Shown: positions 50,337 through 60,707 of the stretch, piece by piece
Layout of the letters: each line of letters begins with the position of its first letter
How positions within the stretch are numbered: position 1 is the stretch's first letter
From: an uncultured Candidatus Saccharibacteria bacterium
GTDB lineage: Bacteria; Patescibacteriota; Dojkabacteria; J137
DNA length: 64,000 nucleotides
Direction: 5' to 3'
NCBI GenBank assembly: GCA_965230975.1
Contig: OZ246402.1
Coordinates: 800,859 to 864,858 of the forward strand
Notes under the pieces: generated by a model
Databases searched by the model: none
What the model was told of the DNA's origin: nothing
Seen by the model: the letters and a program-made list of their open reading frames with translations, nothing else
Position numbers and translations under genes: made by a program

Positions 50337-51158
50337 ATGACAAATAAAAAAACCATTATTGCTATAGCTTTATTTTCTATAATTACCTTAATTGCTATTA
50401 TACTAATTGTAATAGTTGGTACATTAGCAGATAAAAATAATTATTCTGATAGAAACGATTCGGGATTTAATAACAATGGGTATGGGAATTATCAAAAAAA
50501 TCAGAAATCTAGTTACACAGAGCAAAACCTACCAAAATTCATTAAGGAAAATTATATTGATTTAAATTTAATTGGTTTTGTATCTCAATTTAGGTCAGAT
50601 AACGGACATGACTTTTCCGATGAGACAGCTAAGTGTTCTAGTATGAAGCATTATTTTGAATTTCCACTAGGGAAACGATTAGATGTTAACGGTCCAAATG
50701 GAATTCCTGCAGACCCGACAGCACAAAATGGTGTGCCAATATATGCACCTGTAGATGGCACAATACTGGATATTCAGTCAGAAGTATTCCCATTAGGTAA
50801 ACAGCTTCATATTCAGGTAAAAGATTATACAGATTTTAAGGTAAGATTATTTCATATTTACCCGATTATCACTTTAAAAGTTGGTCAACAAGTTAAAGCA
50901 GGTGATCAAATTGGCTTAATAAATATGGGACAAGGTACAGATATTGCAGTAGAAGCAAATATAAATTCCAATAGAAGATTTTATTCAATTTTTGAGTTAA
51001 TGACCGATCAACTATTTCAAAAATATATACAAAAAGGTGCAAGTTCTAGAGATGAATTTATACTTTCAGAGCAATATCGTAAAGAGAATCCATTAACATG
51101 TAACGGCCAACAATTTACTAATCATTCAGAAACTTGGAAAGAGTGGGTTGCATTTTAA
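50337..51158 (+). CDS. membrane-anchored M23/LytM-like peptidase-domain protein
   Basis: N-terminal TM. Shares PVDG(T/R)I...VKAGD(Q/V)IG blocks with the 59795-60580 gene. The HxH motif is not obvious in this copy. Confidence 0.4.
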   Translation: MTNKKTIIAIALFSIITLIAIILIVIVGTLADKNNYSDRNDSGFNNNGYGNYQKNQKSSYTEQNLPKFIKENYIDLNLIGFVSQFRSDNGHDFSDETAKCSSMKHYFEFPLGKRLDVNGPNGIPADPTAQNGVPIYAPVDGTILDIQSEVFPLGKQLHIQVKDYTDFKVRLFHIYPIITLKVGQQVKAGDQIGLINMGQGTDIAVEANINSNRRFYSIFELMTDQLFQKYIQKGASSRDEFILSEQYRKENPLTCNGQQFTNHSETWKEWVAF

Positions 51159-51235
51159 GAATTTATAATACCAGTAGTTGTAAGTTTAAATAAATTCACC
51201 TGTCTACTATTTAGGTGTAAATATTCATTTTAACC

Positions 51236-51272
51236 AAAAACACCACCCCGAAAGGGGTGGTGTTTAAAATTT
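51236..51272. terminator. bidirectional rho-independent terminator
   Basis: AAAAACACCACCCC-GAAA-GGGGTGGTGTTT, a perfect GC-rich stem with T-tracts on both strands, lying between convergent genes. Confidence 0.85.
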
Positions 51273-51284
51273 ATTTAGTTAGCT

Positions 51285-54200
51285 TTACTTTTGCTTTTTC
51301 TTAAATACTCCCAAGTATATTGCTATTAACAATAAAACTATAAACAAAACAGCACATAGCAATGGAACAAACCAACTATTTGTTTGAGTTTCAGTTGTAG
51401 ATTCTCCTAAAACATTTCCACCCGCATTTTCATTGCTTTGATTTGACTCATCTGTACCATTTTCATTTGATTCTTCTTCTAAAGTGTTGTCAGTTTGGTT
51501 TTGTTCTTCTTGGCTATTGCTACCTTGATTTGAGTTACCTTGCCAACTTGCACCTATACCCAAAACCGCACCATTATTAACAACAATCACAACACCTGCA
51601 GATGCAGTATCTGAATTTGAATCTGTAACATCTAACCTACAATAGTAACTACCTGGAGTTGTTGGGACAGTTGCAGTATTAGTTAAACCTGTTGCAGTTA
51701 AAGTACCACTTCCAGAACAAGCACCAGACCAAACATAGCTAAAGTTTGCATCTCCCGAAAGAACATTACCTTGCAAAGTAACTAATGTTCCTTGAGATAC
51801 GTTTGTTGATGGTGTTGCAAAAATAATTACAGATGGAAGTGTGTTATTTGCACTTACAGTTATACTAGAAGTTGCAGTATCTCCATCAGAATCTGTGACT
51901 AGCACATTACAATTATAAGATGTTGCACTTGGTGTATTTAAAACTACACTTGCTGTGTTACCACTACAAGCACCACTCCATAAATAAGAAACTATTGTAT
52001 TACCAGCCAAAACATTGCCCGAAATATCTGCAATTAAAGTAACTGGTGTACCTACAAGAACAGATGTAGACGGGTTTGCATTAATAGATACAGATGGCAA
52101 AGTGTTATTAATAACTAGTTGCGAATTAGCAGTAGTTGTATTACCTGCTTCATCTGTAATACTACATTCAATATCTAATGTTTTTGTTAGGTTAGGTAAG
52201 TCAACATTTAAATCCCCGGGGCTGAACACAGAAGGGGTACATGTTAATGACAAGTTTTCCGGATTATTTAAAACAAAATCTTCAATAGCTGGTGCAGAAT
52301 CTCCTTCATTTATTGTTAAGGTTTGTAATTCTAAAATTGGGAAAACCTTATCAATATTAGTAACAGTAGCAATTGCACTACCTAAGTTACCTGCCAAATC
52401 TGAAAATGTAAATGTGAATGTTCCATTATCATCGAATGTGAACATGTTAGATGCTCCATTGTTTGTAATTGTAACAGTCTCACTTGTACTTAAAGTTGCT
52501 ACCACACTTGTGTTTGTAGGTGTAGTTATTGAGTAAGAAATACTACCAGTTGGGGCTACTGTATCTAAAGTTACATTCCAAATCTCGCTCCAATTACTTT
52601 CATTTCCCAATTGATCTATTGCTTTTACCTGCCAATACCATGTTCCATCTGGTGCACCAACAGAAAGTATTTGAGGTAAATTTAAAGGATTTTGAGCCGG
52701 GTTAGAACTTGATGTGTTTACCCATACACCAGAATTCAAAACCCCACCAACTTGGCTTGAACTTAAAGATGCTTGAAAAACATATGTAATTGGTCCTGGA
52801 TTATTATCTGTAGAAGAATCCCAATTAAAGTAAAAATTATTGGTATTTAAATACGAGTTATGTGGCAATCCATTTGTAGGTACAGATGGAGCAGTAGTAT
52901 CTAACACAAATTCATATTGAGTTGTATTGCCTGCTACATCAAATACTACAAGAGTATTTGTTCCCTCAATAGCTCCAAAAACTCCGGGTTTTACATTATT
53001 TAAATCACTCCAAGGGTTATTACTTAAATCTTTTACAACTCCATTAATGCTTACCTTATCTATTTTATTTGCATCATAAAGTTTAAAACTAACAATCTTA
53101 AACATATTTCCATTACCAATAGAAAATGGTGTATATGAATTACCCCATGCACTTCCTTTAACATAAAAACTAGGATTAGTTATATCTATAGTAAAGTCAA
53201 AAGTCTTGGTGGTAGATATATTTCCAGCTTTATCTTGAGCATTATATTTAAGTGTGTAGTTGCCTGCTGGTAAAGGTAAATTACCTGCCATAACAGTTGC
53301 TAAATCAATGGTGTGTGTCCCACTTAAACCTGAAATACTTACACTTGTGCTTCTATACAATGTACCATTTTTGTAAATATTACCAACTATCCTATCTAAA
53401 GCCAAATTATCTGTTGAATCAATAACTAAATCCATTGTTTGATTAAATACATTAGAAGAGGGTAGTGGGCTGGTAAGCGTTACTGTTGGCTTTGTATTAT
53501 CTATATAAAACTGTCTTAAAGCTTGGCCCCAAGTAGTATTGGAGTCTAAAAATTGTGCCGAGAATACATATAATCCATCTGGTGTTAATGTTGTATTGTA
53601 CTCACAAGATTCATCTAAAGATGTACCAAGTAAATCTGCACCAGGTGCTTCTTGGCAAACAAAAACTAAGTTACCTGAACTCTCAAACGCATCTTTCCAA
53701 TACCTTAAATAGTAACTACCCATTCCATAATCATCTGTAGCTAAAGCTCTACTTGTTATTGTGCCTTTTACATAAGAATTTTCTAAGGGTGTAGGGCTTA
53801 CAATATTCACAACAGGTGCTTCGTTACCAAACATATTTACATTCATAGCCAAGGTGAAAGGACTCCAATCTGTATCCCGTCTTAAAATACCAACGCCGCT
53901 TGCACCTGAATCTGTATAAAAACCTGCATGTGTTGTATTCCAAAATACTACACCTGGTTCTGTATCTGTACCAGTTGTAGGGCTTAATGTTGCTAAACTA
54001 ACATTTAAAGAATCATATGGACCAGGCATTCCAATTGGCGAGTATCCATGTACACTTGTGTTATATGCCAAAGTTATAATTACGTTATTTGGTAAAGTTA
54101 AATTATCTAAAGAAAAATCATAAGAGATATTAAATGCATATCCATTTGTACATACACCTCTTACTGCATCAAACCATTTACCTCCAAAAGGTACATTTGT

Positions 54201-55190
54201 TGAAGGATCTGTGCAGTTAACAGCGTCATAAGATGGTCTAAAAGGGATATTTGCATTTATAGTCTTGGTTGTAATTAAACTACCTACTTTATTTGTTCCA
54301 CTTGAACTATCTACATTGTAAATGTTTAAAGTAATAGGATGAGTAAAAGAGCTACCAGGTGTAGTTACACAAGCTTCTGTAGAAGTTCTATTAGGAACCC
54401 ATGCAGAGCCACTCCAAGAAAAGTCATTTTCACAAGACCAGTTTGTTAAACTAATTTCTATAGTGCTTAGTTTTCTAAAAGAACCTGCCAAAGTAATTTG
54501 ATCACCAAATTCTTTTGTTGAAGTAGCAGCATAACCCAAGCTTGAAAATGCACCAGGGTAAACTGATGGAATACTATTATAAGTAACTACAAAAACTGTA
54601 AAGTGGTTACCAGCGAAAGTTATTGTATTATTACCAATATTTGCATTAACATCTTTAAAACTAATATTATCTTCTGAATATTTAAGTTCTGCATTATTTC
54701 CAAAAGGATTAGGCAAAGTCATTACATATTCAAATGTGTAATTTTGCATGTTTGTATTAAACTCGTAGCCTTTAGAAAAAATACCTTCTACCATTAATTC
54801 AACTTCTTTAATACTAAAAAAATTATCGCCCTGTGGTAGTTTTGTAAAAGTTATATTTACCTGATTGTTATTATAAAAAGTGTAAAGATAGTTTAATTGA
54901 ATATTACTAAAAGTTTGTGTGCCATTCGAATCAATGGAATATTGAGGCTGAATTGGTTTTGAAGCCTCGTTTAAGCCTTTTCCAGGCTGATCAACTTGTA
55001 CATTTTCTGTACTATCAACCACAGCTGGTTCTTCTTGCTGATTGTATGTTGCTGGGTAAGACGGGATATTCTCATCTGTACCACTATATTCTTCTGCAAA
55101 TAAAGGTGTTACGGGGTAAACTAAAAAGAAGGCTAAATAACTCAGTAAGCAAAAAATCTTGAGCCGGGATTTTTGAGTAATTATTCTCAT
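51285..55190 (-). CDS. giant cell-surface protein (1301 aa) with C-terminal TM anchor
   Basis: N-terminal signal. ~1200-aa extracellular region with Ig/PKD-like composition. Acidic S/N/E/Q-rich linker, then TM WFVPLLCAVLFIVLLLIAIYLGVF and KKKQK stop-transfer. Confidence 0.75.
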   Translation of the reverse strand: MRIITQKSRLKIFCLLSYLAFFLVYPVTPLFAEEYSGTDENIPSYPATYNQQEEPAVVDSTENVQVDQPGKGLNEASKPIQPQYSIDSNGTQTFSNIQLNYLYTFYNNNQVNITFTKLPQGDNFFSIKEVELMVEGIFSKGYEFNTNMQNYTFEYVMTLPNPFGNNAELKYSEDNISFKDVNANIGNNTITFAGNHFTVFVVTYNSIPSVYPGAFSSLGYAATSTKEFGDQITLAGSFRKLSTIEISLTNWSCENDFSWSGSAWVPNRTSTEACVTTPGSSFTHPITLNIYNVDSSSGTNKVGSLITTKTINANIPFRPSYDAVNCTDPSTNVPFGGKWFDAVRGVCTNGYAFNISYDFSLDNLTLPNNVIITLAYNTSVHGYSPIGMPGPYDSLNVSLATLSPTTGTDTEPGVVFWNTTHAGFYTDSGASGVGILRRDTDWSPFTLAMNVNMFGNEAPVVNIVSPTPLENSYVKGTITSRALATDDYGMGSYYLRYWKDAFESSGNLVFVCQEAPGADLLGTSLDESCEYNTTLTPDGLYVFSAQFLDSNTTWGQALRQFYIDNTKPTVTLTSPLPSSNVFNQTMDLVIDSTDNLALDRIVGNIYKNGTLYRSTSVSISGLSGTHTIDLATVMAGNLPLPAGNYTLKYNAQDKAGNISTTKTFDFTIDITNPSFYVKGSAWGNSYTPFSIGNGNMFKIVSFKLYDANKIDKVSINGVVKDLSNNPWSDLNNVKPGVFGAIEGTNTLVVFDVAGNTTQYEFVLDTTAPSVPTNGLPHNSYLNTNNFYFNWDSSTDNNPGPITYVFQASLSSSQVGGVLNSGVWVNTSSSNPAQNPLNLPQILSVGAPDGTWYWQVKAIDQLGNESNWSEIWNVTLDTVAPTGSISYSITTPTNTSVVATLSTSETVTITNNGASNMFTFDDNGTFTFTFSDLAGNLGSAIATVTNIDKVFPILELQTLTINEGDSAPAIEDFVLNNPENLSLTCTPSVFSPGDLNVDLPNLTKTLDIECSITDEAGNTTTANSQLVINNTLPSVSINANPSTSVLVGTPVTLIADISGNVLAGNTIVSYLWSGACSGNTASVVLNTPSATSYNCNVLVTDSDGDTATSSITVSANNTLPSVIIFATPSTNVSQGTLVTLQGNVLSGDANFSYVWSGACSGSGTLTATGLTNTATVPTTPGSYYCRLDVTDSNSDTASAGVVIVVNNGAVLGIGASWQGNSNQGSNSQEEQNQTDNTLEEESNENGTDESNQSNENAGGNVLGESTTETQTNSWFVPLLCAVLFIVLLLIAIYLGVFKKKQK

Positions 55191-55417
55191 AATATAGGAG
55201 ATAAAGAATAAATTTATACAACAGTTTTATATAAAGTATATCACTGTTTTCTTTAAATAAAAGCCCTATAACTCAAATTGTAAAAAAATTTACCAAATAA
55301 GTAATTCCATTTTAATCTGTTTATGGTATCATTCATATAACATAATCCCACAGATGTTTATACAATTTACAAATAATTAAATTTATTTGTTTTTTTATTT
55401 TTATTGACAATTAAATT

Positions 55418-57718
55418 ATGAAACTCTTTAACCGAACTGGAAAGTACAAATTCAATAAAAGACGTGAATTTGGAAGCGAAACCAATATCTCTCCACTACC
55501 TTGGCTTCATGAAAAGCCATCAACTTTTAAGCTAGTATTTAGTAGAGTAGCAATATTCTTAACTGTGTTCTTTTGGGTTTTATACATACTCTCAATTGTC
55601 CTAAGACAAGTTGTAAACTCTGCAGGTAGAGGTTATGACTTTACTTTAGAAGCATTTGCCTATGCAAGTGTGGTAACATTTCTAACATTTTCTGCATTAA
55701 TGTATTTAATATCTAGGCTAGGAGCATTTGAAAGATTCTTAAGCCATGTTAGAGTTCCACACTCAGTACTTGAAAAACATTTTAGTGAAAATAAATCAGA
55801 GATAACAGTATTGGTACCAAGCTATGATGAAGAGCCAAGCGTAATTAGAAAAACATTGCTTTCTGCAGCACTTCAAGAGTACCCCGAAAAGAGAGTAGTA
55901 CTATTACTAGACGACAAGCCTTTTCCAACTGACCCTAAGGTATTAAACAGATTGAATGAAACAAGAGAGATTGCTAAAGATATAAACACATTGTTAAAAG
56001 AACCTTTCAAAAGATTTGAAAAATCTTATTCAGAATTTACTAAAACAATATCTAGTAAAAAAAGTGCTACTAATAAAGATATTCAGTTAATCGAAAAAGA
56101 GTACGAATGGGCTGCACATTTTTTAAATAATTTAGCTGAATCAGAAAAAATTGAAGACCATGTTGATGTATTCTTTAAAGAGCAAGTATTACTTGGATTA
56201 TCTTACGATTTAAGTTTGGTAGCAAAAGCATTAAAAGCATCTAGCAATGATGGAGCAAAAATATCTCTAGAAAGAATTGATCAACTTTATCAAAGACTTT
56301 TATGGATTTTTAAATGTGAAGTTTCATATTTTGAAAGAAAAAAATATGTATCTTTATCACACGAAGCAAATAAAGCTATGAACCTAAACTCTTATATAGG
56401 GTTAATGGGTGGAACATATACAATAGAGGCAACTCCGGATGGGAACATACTTTTACCTTCTTCAGAGAAATCAGAAGGTGAGAAAATTACTATTAAAGAC
56501 TCAGAGTTCTTACTAACCTTGGATGCAGATTCAATATTACTTAGAGACTATTGCTTAAGACTTGTATACTTTTTACAAGAACCAGGCAACGAAAGAGTGG
56601 CAGTAACTCAAACACCCTATTCATCTTTTAGAGGAGCGTTTACGCGAATAGAAAGAATATCTGCTGCAACAACTGACATTCAACATATTTTGCACCAAGG
56701 CATGACTAAATTTAACGCAACCTTTTGGGTTGGTGCAAACGCAGTTATTAGAAAGAAAGCTGTAGAAGATATTGTGGAGAAAGAGTGGATTGGTGGTTTT
56801 GAGATAAAAAGATACATCCAAGATAGAACAGTAATTGAAGATACAGAATCTAGCATTGACTTAGCTAAACATGGTTGGAAGTTAGTTAACTATCCAGAAA
56901 GACTAAGTTACAGTGCTACACCGCCAGATTTTGGGTCACTTGTTATTCAAAGAAGAAGGTGGGCTAATGGCGGATTATTAATATTGCCAAAACTATGGAG
57001 CGTAATAAGTGAAAGAAAAAAAAGAAACGAAAATGTATCTTTAATGGAGATATTAATCAGAATAAACTACATGGCATCTATTGCCTGGTCAAGTTTGGGG
57101 CTACTATTCTTACTTGCATATCCATTTAATGGACAACTTTTAAGTACATTAGTTTTATTAACTGCATTACCGTACTTTATAGCTCAAGCAATAGATTTAA
57201 AATATTGTAGATACAATTATAGAGATATTTTAGGAATTTATGGTTTTAACTTAATATTACTACCCGTTAACTTGGCAGGAGTTTTAAAATCAATAGAACA
57301 AACACTTACCGGAAAGAAAATTCCATTTGCAAGAACACCAAAGATTAAAAACAGAACTGCCACAGGATTACTTTATGTTGCAGCACCATTAGGAATTGTA
57401 TTATTCTCAATTCTTACTTTTTGGAGAAATGTATTTGAACAAAACTGGGGAAACGCTTTATTTGCTGGCTTTAACGCTTTAGCCGCTGTTTGGGCAATTT
57501 CATCTTATATGGGAATTGGAAACTTCTTAACAGACTTTTGGTTAGGTATAACAAATTGGCTTTACGTAGAAGAGAAACCTAAAAAAGCAAAAACGGTTGC
57601 AAAGCCAGAAAAAGAACTAGACTGGAAAGCAGTTTTATACCACGGAGAAAGTGATGGTATTGTGCCATACACTTATTTAAAAAACTTAGTTGTTAATAAT
57701 GTTAAAGAATCAAAATGA
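55418..57718 (+). CDS. processive family-2 glycosyltransferase (chitin/cellulose-synthase-like), membrane-embedded
   Basis: N-terminal TMs. VLVPSYDEEP (UDP-binding D), DxD at LTLDADSIL, QTPYSSF, and the processive-synthase signature QRRRWANG (QxxRW). C-terminal multi-TM channel-like region. Confidence 0.75.
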   Translation: MKLFNRTGKYKFNKRREFGSETNISPLPWLHEKPSTFKLVFSRVAIFLTVFFWVLYILSIVLRQVVNSAGRGYDFTLEAFAYASVVTFLTFSALMYLISRLGAFERFLSHVRVPHSVLEKHFSENKSEITVLVPSYDEEPSVIRKTLLSAALQEYPEKRVVLLLDDKPFPTDPKVLNRLNETREIAKDINTLLKEPFKRFEKSYSEFTKTISSKKSATNKDIQLIEKEYEWAAHFLNNLAESEKIEDHVDVFFKEQVLLGLSYDLSLVAKALKASSNDGAKISLERIDQLYQRLLWIFKCEVSYFERKKYVSLSHEANKAMNLNSYIGLMGGTYTIEATPDGNILLPSSEKSEGEKITIKDSEFLLTLDADSILLRDYCLRLVYFLQEPGNERVAVTQTPYSSFRGAFTRIERISAATTDIQHILHQGMTKFNATFWVGANAVIRKKAVEDIVEKEWIGGFEIKRYIQDRTVIEDTESSIDLAKHGWKLVNYPERLSYSATPPDFGSLVIQRRRWANGGLLILPKLWSVISERKKRNENVSLMEILIRINYMASIAWSSLGLLFLLAYPFNGQLLSTLVLLTALPYFIAQAIDLKYCRYNYRDILGIYGFNLILLPVNLAGVLKSIEQTLTGKKIPFARTPKIKNRTATGLLYVAAPLGIVLFSILTFWRNVFEQNWGNALFAGFNALAAVWAISSYMGIGNFLTDFWLGITNWLYVEEKPKKAKTVAKPEKELDWKAVLYHGESDGIVPYTYLKNLVVNNVKESK

Positions 57719-59319
57719 GAAAATTAAAAAAAGAAAAACTAACACAAACAACCACTCCTCAAAGAAGATTATCTTTATTTAGAGTTTTAATTGCTGTTTT
57801 AATATCAGGAGCTAGCATTTATTATGTTGCAACTAATTGGATCGATCTTAAAGATAAAGTTATAGAGATAGTTATTGCAAGTTCTACCAGCACTCAGTTT
57901 TATGCACCTTATGTAGATGTCACCGCAACTCCAACATTTGAGTTTGAAAAACTTGGAAATACCACTTCTAAAAATGTAGTTTTATCTTTTATTGTCGCAA
58001 GTAAAGAAGATGCTTGCTTACCAACATGGGGCACAGCATATAATTTAGATCAAGCAAGCGTAGGTTTAGACCTAGACAGAAGAATTGCAAGACTTAGGCA
58101 ATTAGGTGGAGATATCTCTATATCTTTTGGCGGACTGTTAAATAATGAGCTAGCAGTTGGTTGCACAGATTTAGATAAATTAAAGCTTGCTTATAAATCT
58201 GTAATCGAGAAATATAATGTATTCACATTAGATTTAGACATAGAAGGAAATGCATTGAATGATACATCATCTAACATAAGAAGAGCAGAGGCTTTGTATG
58301 CTTTACAACAAGAGTACAAACAAGATAATAAAAACCTAGCTATTTGGTTAACATTGCCGGTCACAACTAATGGGTTAACAGAAGCAGGCACAAATTTTGT
58401 TTCCACTATGCTTAATTACAATGTAGATATTGCAGGAGTTAATGCTATGACTATGAACTTTGGAGATAGTAAAGATAGCGATACATCTATGGCACAAGCT
58501 TCTATCAAGTCGCTAAATGAAACTCATAGACAACTTGGAATATTATATAGACAATCCGGAACAAGTCTAAGTAGCACCTCATTGTGGAAAAAAATAGGAG
58601 CTACACCAATGATTGGGCAAAATGATTTCTCTAAAGAGGTATTTCGTTTATCAGATGCGAAAACTCTAAATGAATATATACTTTCTCAAGGTATTATTAG
58701 AACTTCAATGTGGTCTATTAATAGAGATAGACAGTGTGGAGAAAACTATGCAAATGTTAACCAGGTTTCTGATTCTTGTAGTGGTACAGAGCAAAACGCT
58801 TTAGATTATTCAGTTGCATTAGCAAATGGATTGACTGGTAACTTTATTGTAAACCAAAACAATACTACCAAAGAGAGTTCAGATAAGGAGGTATTAATTT
58901 CAGATGATCCAGAAAATAGTCCTTACAGAATTTGGGGACCAACAGATGTTTATATTGCTGGTACAAAAGTTGTATGGAAACGGAATGTTTACCAGGCAAA
59001 ATGGTGGACTCAAGGTGAAAACCCAGATAACCCTGTACTTCAAGCATGGCAAACTCCATGGCAATTAATTGGGCCTGTGTTACCCGGAGAAAAACCAGTT
59101 GAGCAACCAACTTTGCCAGATGGAACTTATCCGGAATGGGATAGTAAAGCTGAGTACCAAGCTGGTGATAGGATATTATTTAACAAAGTTCCTTTCCAAG
59201 CAAAGTGGTGGACACATGCAGATAATCCAAGTGTTTCTATTGCCAACCCCGCTATTTCGCCATGGGTTCAATTAAACATAACTCAAATTGAAGAGATTTT
59301 AAAAAGCCAAAACAAATAG
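57715..59319 (+). CDS. GH18-family (chitinase-like) protein with two C-terminal CBM5/12 chitin-binding modules
   Basis: N-terminal TM. SxGG motif (ISISFGG) and DxDxE catalytic motif (LDLDIEG) of GH18. Two CBM5/12 repeats: AGTKVVWKRNVYQAKWWTQGENPD and AGDRILFNKVPFQAKWWTHADNPS. Its start overlaps the GT2 stop by 4 bp. Confidence 0.7.
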   Translation: MRKLKKEKLTQTTTPQRRLSLFRVLIAVLISGASIYYVATNWIDLKDKVIEIVIASSTSTQFYAPYVDVTATPTFEFEKLGNTTSKNVVLSFIVASKEDACLPTWGTAYNLDQASVGLDLDRRIARLRQLGGDISISFGGLLNNELAVGCTDLDKLKLAYKSVIEKYNVFTLDLDIEGNALNDTSSNIRRAEALYALQQEYKQDNKNLAIWLTLPVTTNGLTEAGTNFVSTMLNYNVDIAGVNAMTMNFGDSKDSDTSMAQASIKSLNETHRQLGILYRQSGTSLSSTSLWKKIGATPMIGQNDFSKEVFRLSDAKTLNEYILSQGIIRTSMWSINRDRQCGENYANVNQVSDSCSGTEQNALDYSVALANGLTGNFIVNQNNTTKESSDKEVLISDDPENSPYRIWGPTDVYIAGTKVVWKRNVYQAKWWTQGENPDNPVLQAWQTPWQLIGPVLPGEKPVEQPTLPDGTYPEWDSKAEYQAGDRILFNKVPFQAKWWTHADNPSVSIANPAISPWVQLNITQIEEILKSQNK

Positions 59320-59338
59320 ATAATAAAAATTGGCTAGC

Positions 59339-59370
59339 AAAACAGCCCCTTTCGGGGCTGTTTTTTTATT
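59339..59370 (+). terminator. rho-independent terminator
   Basis: AAACAGCCCC-TTTC-GGGGCTGTTT followed by TTTTATT. Also usable from the convergent minus-strand gene. Confidence 0.85.
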
Positions 59371-59381
59371 ATAAACGAATT

Positions 59382-59663
59382 TTAAGCTGCTTTTGCAACT
59401 GCAGCTGGCTTTGTAATATGAGCAGAGATTAATTTAGCGATCTCGAACATATTTACAGAATCTCTATCTGCAAAAATCTTTTTTAATTTTGCATCTGTAT
59501 TTACATTTCTTTTGTTAGTTTGGTCTTGTAAACCATTTGCTCTAATGTATTCCCAAAGTTTTTTTACAACTTCTGTTCTAGGCATTGGGCCTTTACCTAC
59601 TACTGCTTCTAAATCTGCAGATAAATTTAATGGTTGCTTTAATCCTTTTGCTGCTTCAGCCAT
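59382..59663 (-). CDS. SWIB/MDM2-domain protein
   Basis: LSADLEAVVGKGPMPRTEVVKKLWEYIRANGLQDQTNKRNVNTDAKLKKIFADRDSVNMFEIAKLISAHI matches the SWIB/MDM2 domain consensus (chlamydial, plant and eukaryotic BAF60b-type). Confidence 0.75.
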   Translation of the reverse strand: MAEAAKGLKQPLNLSADLEAVVGKGPMPRTEVVKKLWEYIRANGLQDQTNKRNVNTDAKLKKIFADRDSVNMFEIAKLISAHITKPAAVAKAA

Positions 59664-59794
59664 ATTTTGTTTTTAAAAATTAACCTTTAAATTTAGCATA
59701 GAACTATTAATTTTGCCAATGGTTATAAGAATATATTAAGGGTACTAAGATTGTATTGGCTAGGATTTGCAAATTGAGATAATTGATTGAATAG

Positions 59795-60580
59795 TTAATT
59801 AACAATATCTTCTCCTATGCCTGGCATATAACATAATGTATTTTGAGTAATTGGGACCCCACCGCATACACCTTGCATATAAATGCTAGACATTTTATTA
59901 ACAATCTCTTTAGAAAAAATATTTGGACATAATAACCCGTTACTTCCATTCATATGCAAATTATAGTGAATATGAGTGCCAGTTTTTGGATCGCTACTAA
60001 ACTTTGGCATTATTGCAATTACATCTCCTGCTTTAACTTCTTGACCCTCTTCTACTTTTATATATTTTTTATAGTAATCTGCATTTGTTTTGCATCTTAA
60101 TCCATCAAAAGGCTCAATACTGTAATCTAAAGATACAGGAACACCGTTTAAACTGGCAAAACTTACAGATACATCAAACTTATCATGTGTTCCCAAGTCA
60201 AAACATGGTTGAACCCTTGTTATTCGTCCATCTACGGGTGTTATTATTTCAACCTCATATGGAGCATTATTATTTGTAAAGTTTATGTGGGCACCAGAGT
60301 GTGGGCAACTTGTGTTTAATCCCATAAACGGTGTTGTGCTTGCAATGTATTTATAATCTGATTCTTTAACTATAAATAAATCTGTTGGTTTATTTACAAA
60401 TGTTTTTATGCTTGGCAAATCACTTCCAAATATAGTGGTGGAAATATCATAGCTAATATTTTTTGATTTTGAGAGTGCTATTAAAAGTATAGAAAGTGGA
60501 ACCAAAACAAATACAGTTATTATTGCAATGAGGATGTATTTTTTTGTGTTAGGTGTTTTCAAATATTTATTAGTAAACAC
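59795..60580 (-). CDS. membrane-anchored M23-family peptidase-like protein
   Basis: N-terminal TM. PVDGRITRV..., VKAGDVIAIM, and a C-terminal GTHIHYNLHMNG (HxH) typical of lysostaphin/LytM-type M23 domains. Confidence 0.5.
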   Translation of the reverse strand: MFTNKYLKTPNTKKYILIAIITVFVLVPLSILLIALSKSKNISYDISTTIFGSDLPSIKTFVNKPTDLFIVKESDYKYIASTTPFMGLNTSCPHSGAHINFTNNNAPYEVEIITPVDGRITRVQPCFDLGTHDKFDVSVSFASLNGVPVSLDYSIEPFDGLRCKTNADYYKKYIKVEEGQEVKAGDVIAIMPKFSSDPKTGTHIHYNLHMNGSNGLLCPNIFSKEIVNKMSSIYMQGVCGGVPITQNTLCYMPGIGEDIVN

Positions 60581-60707
60581 TTAATTATACATATTTTAAT
60601 AATCTTTTATAGCCCATGCATAATTCCAGACCAAGGAAGTTAAGCAGAAATCATAATTATTTAGTTACTAAAAAATTTACTCTTATAAAGTTTCTAAAAA
60701 AGAACTA

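Noticed and set aside
52015-55162. Plus-strand ORFs (173, 61 and 81 aa) inside the 1301-aa surface-protein gene
   Set aside because: Antisense shadow ORFs. The 173-aa one is Val/Thr-rich, mirroring the Thr/Asn-rich sense frame.
56621-60279. Short ORFs at 56621-56821 (-), 58191-58406 (-), 58865-59110 (-), 59069-59275 (+) and 60085-60279 (+)
   Set aside because: All lie inside or antisense to the GT2, GH18 and M23 genes, which have strong family motifs.
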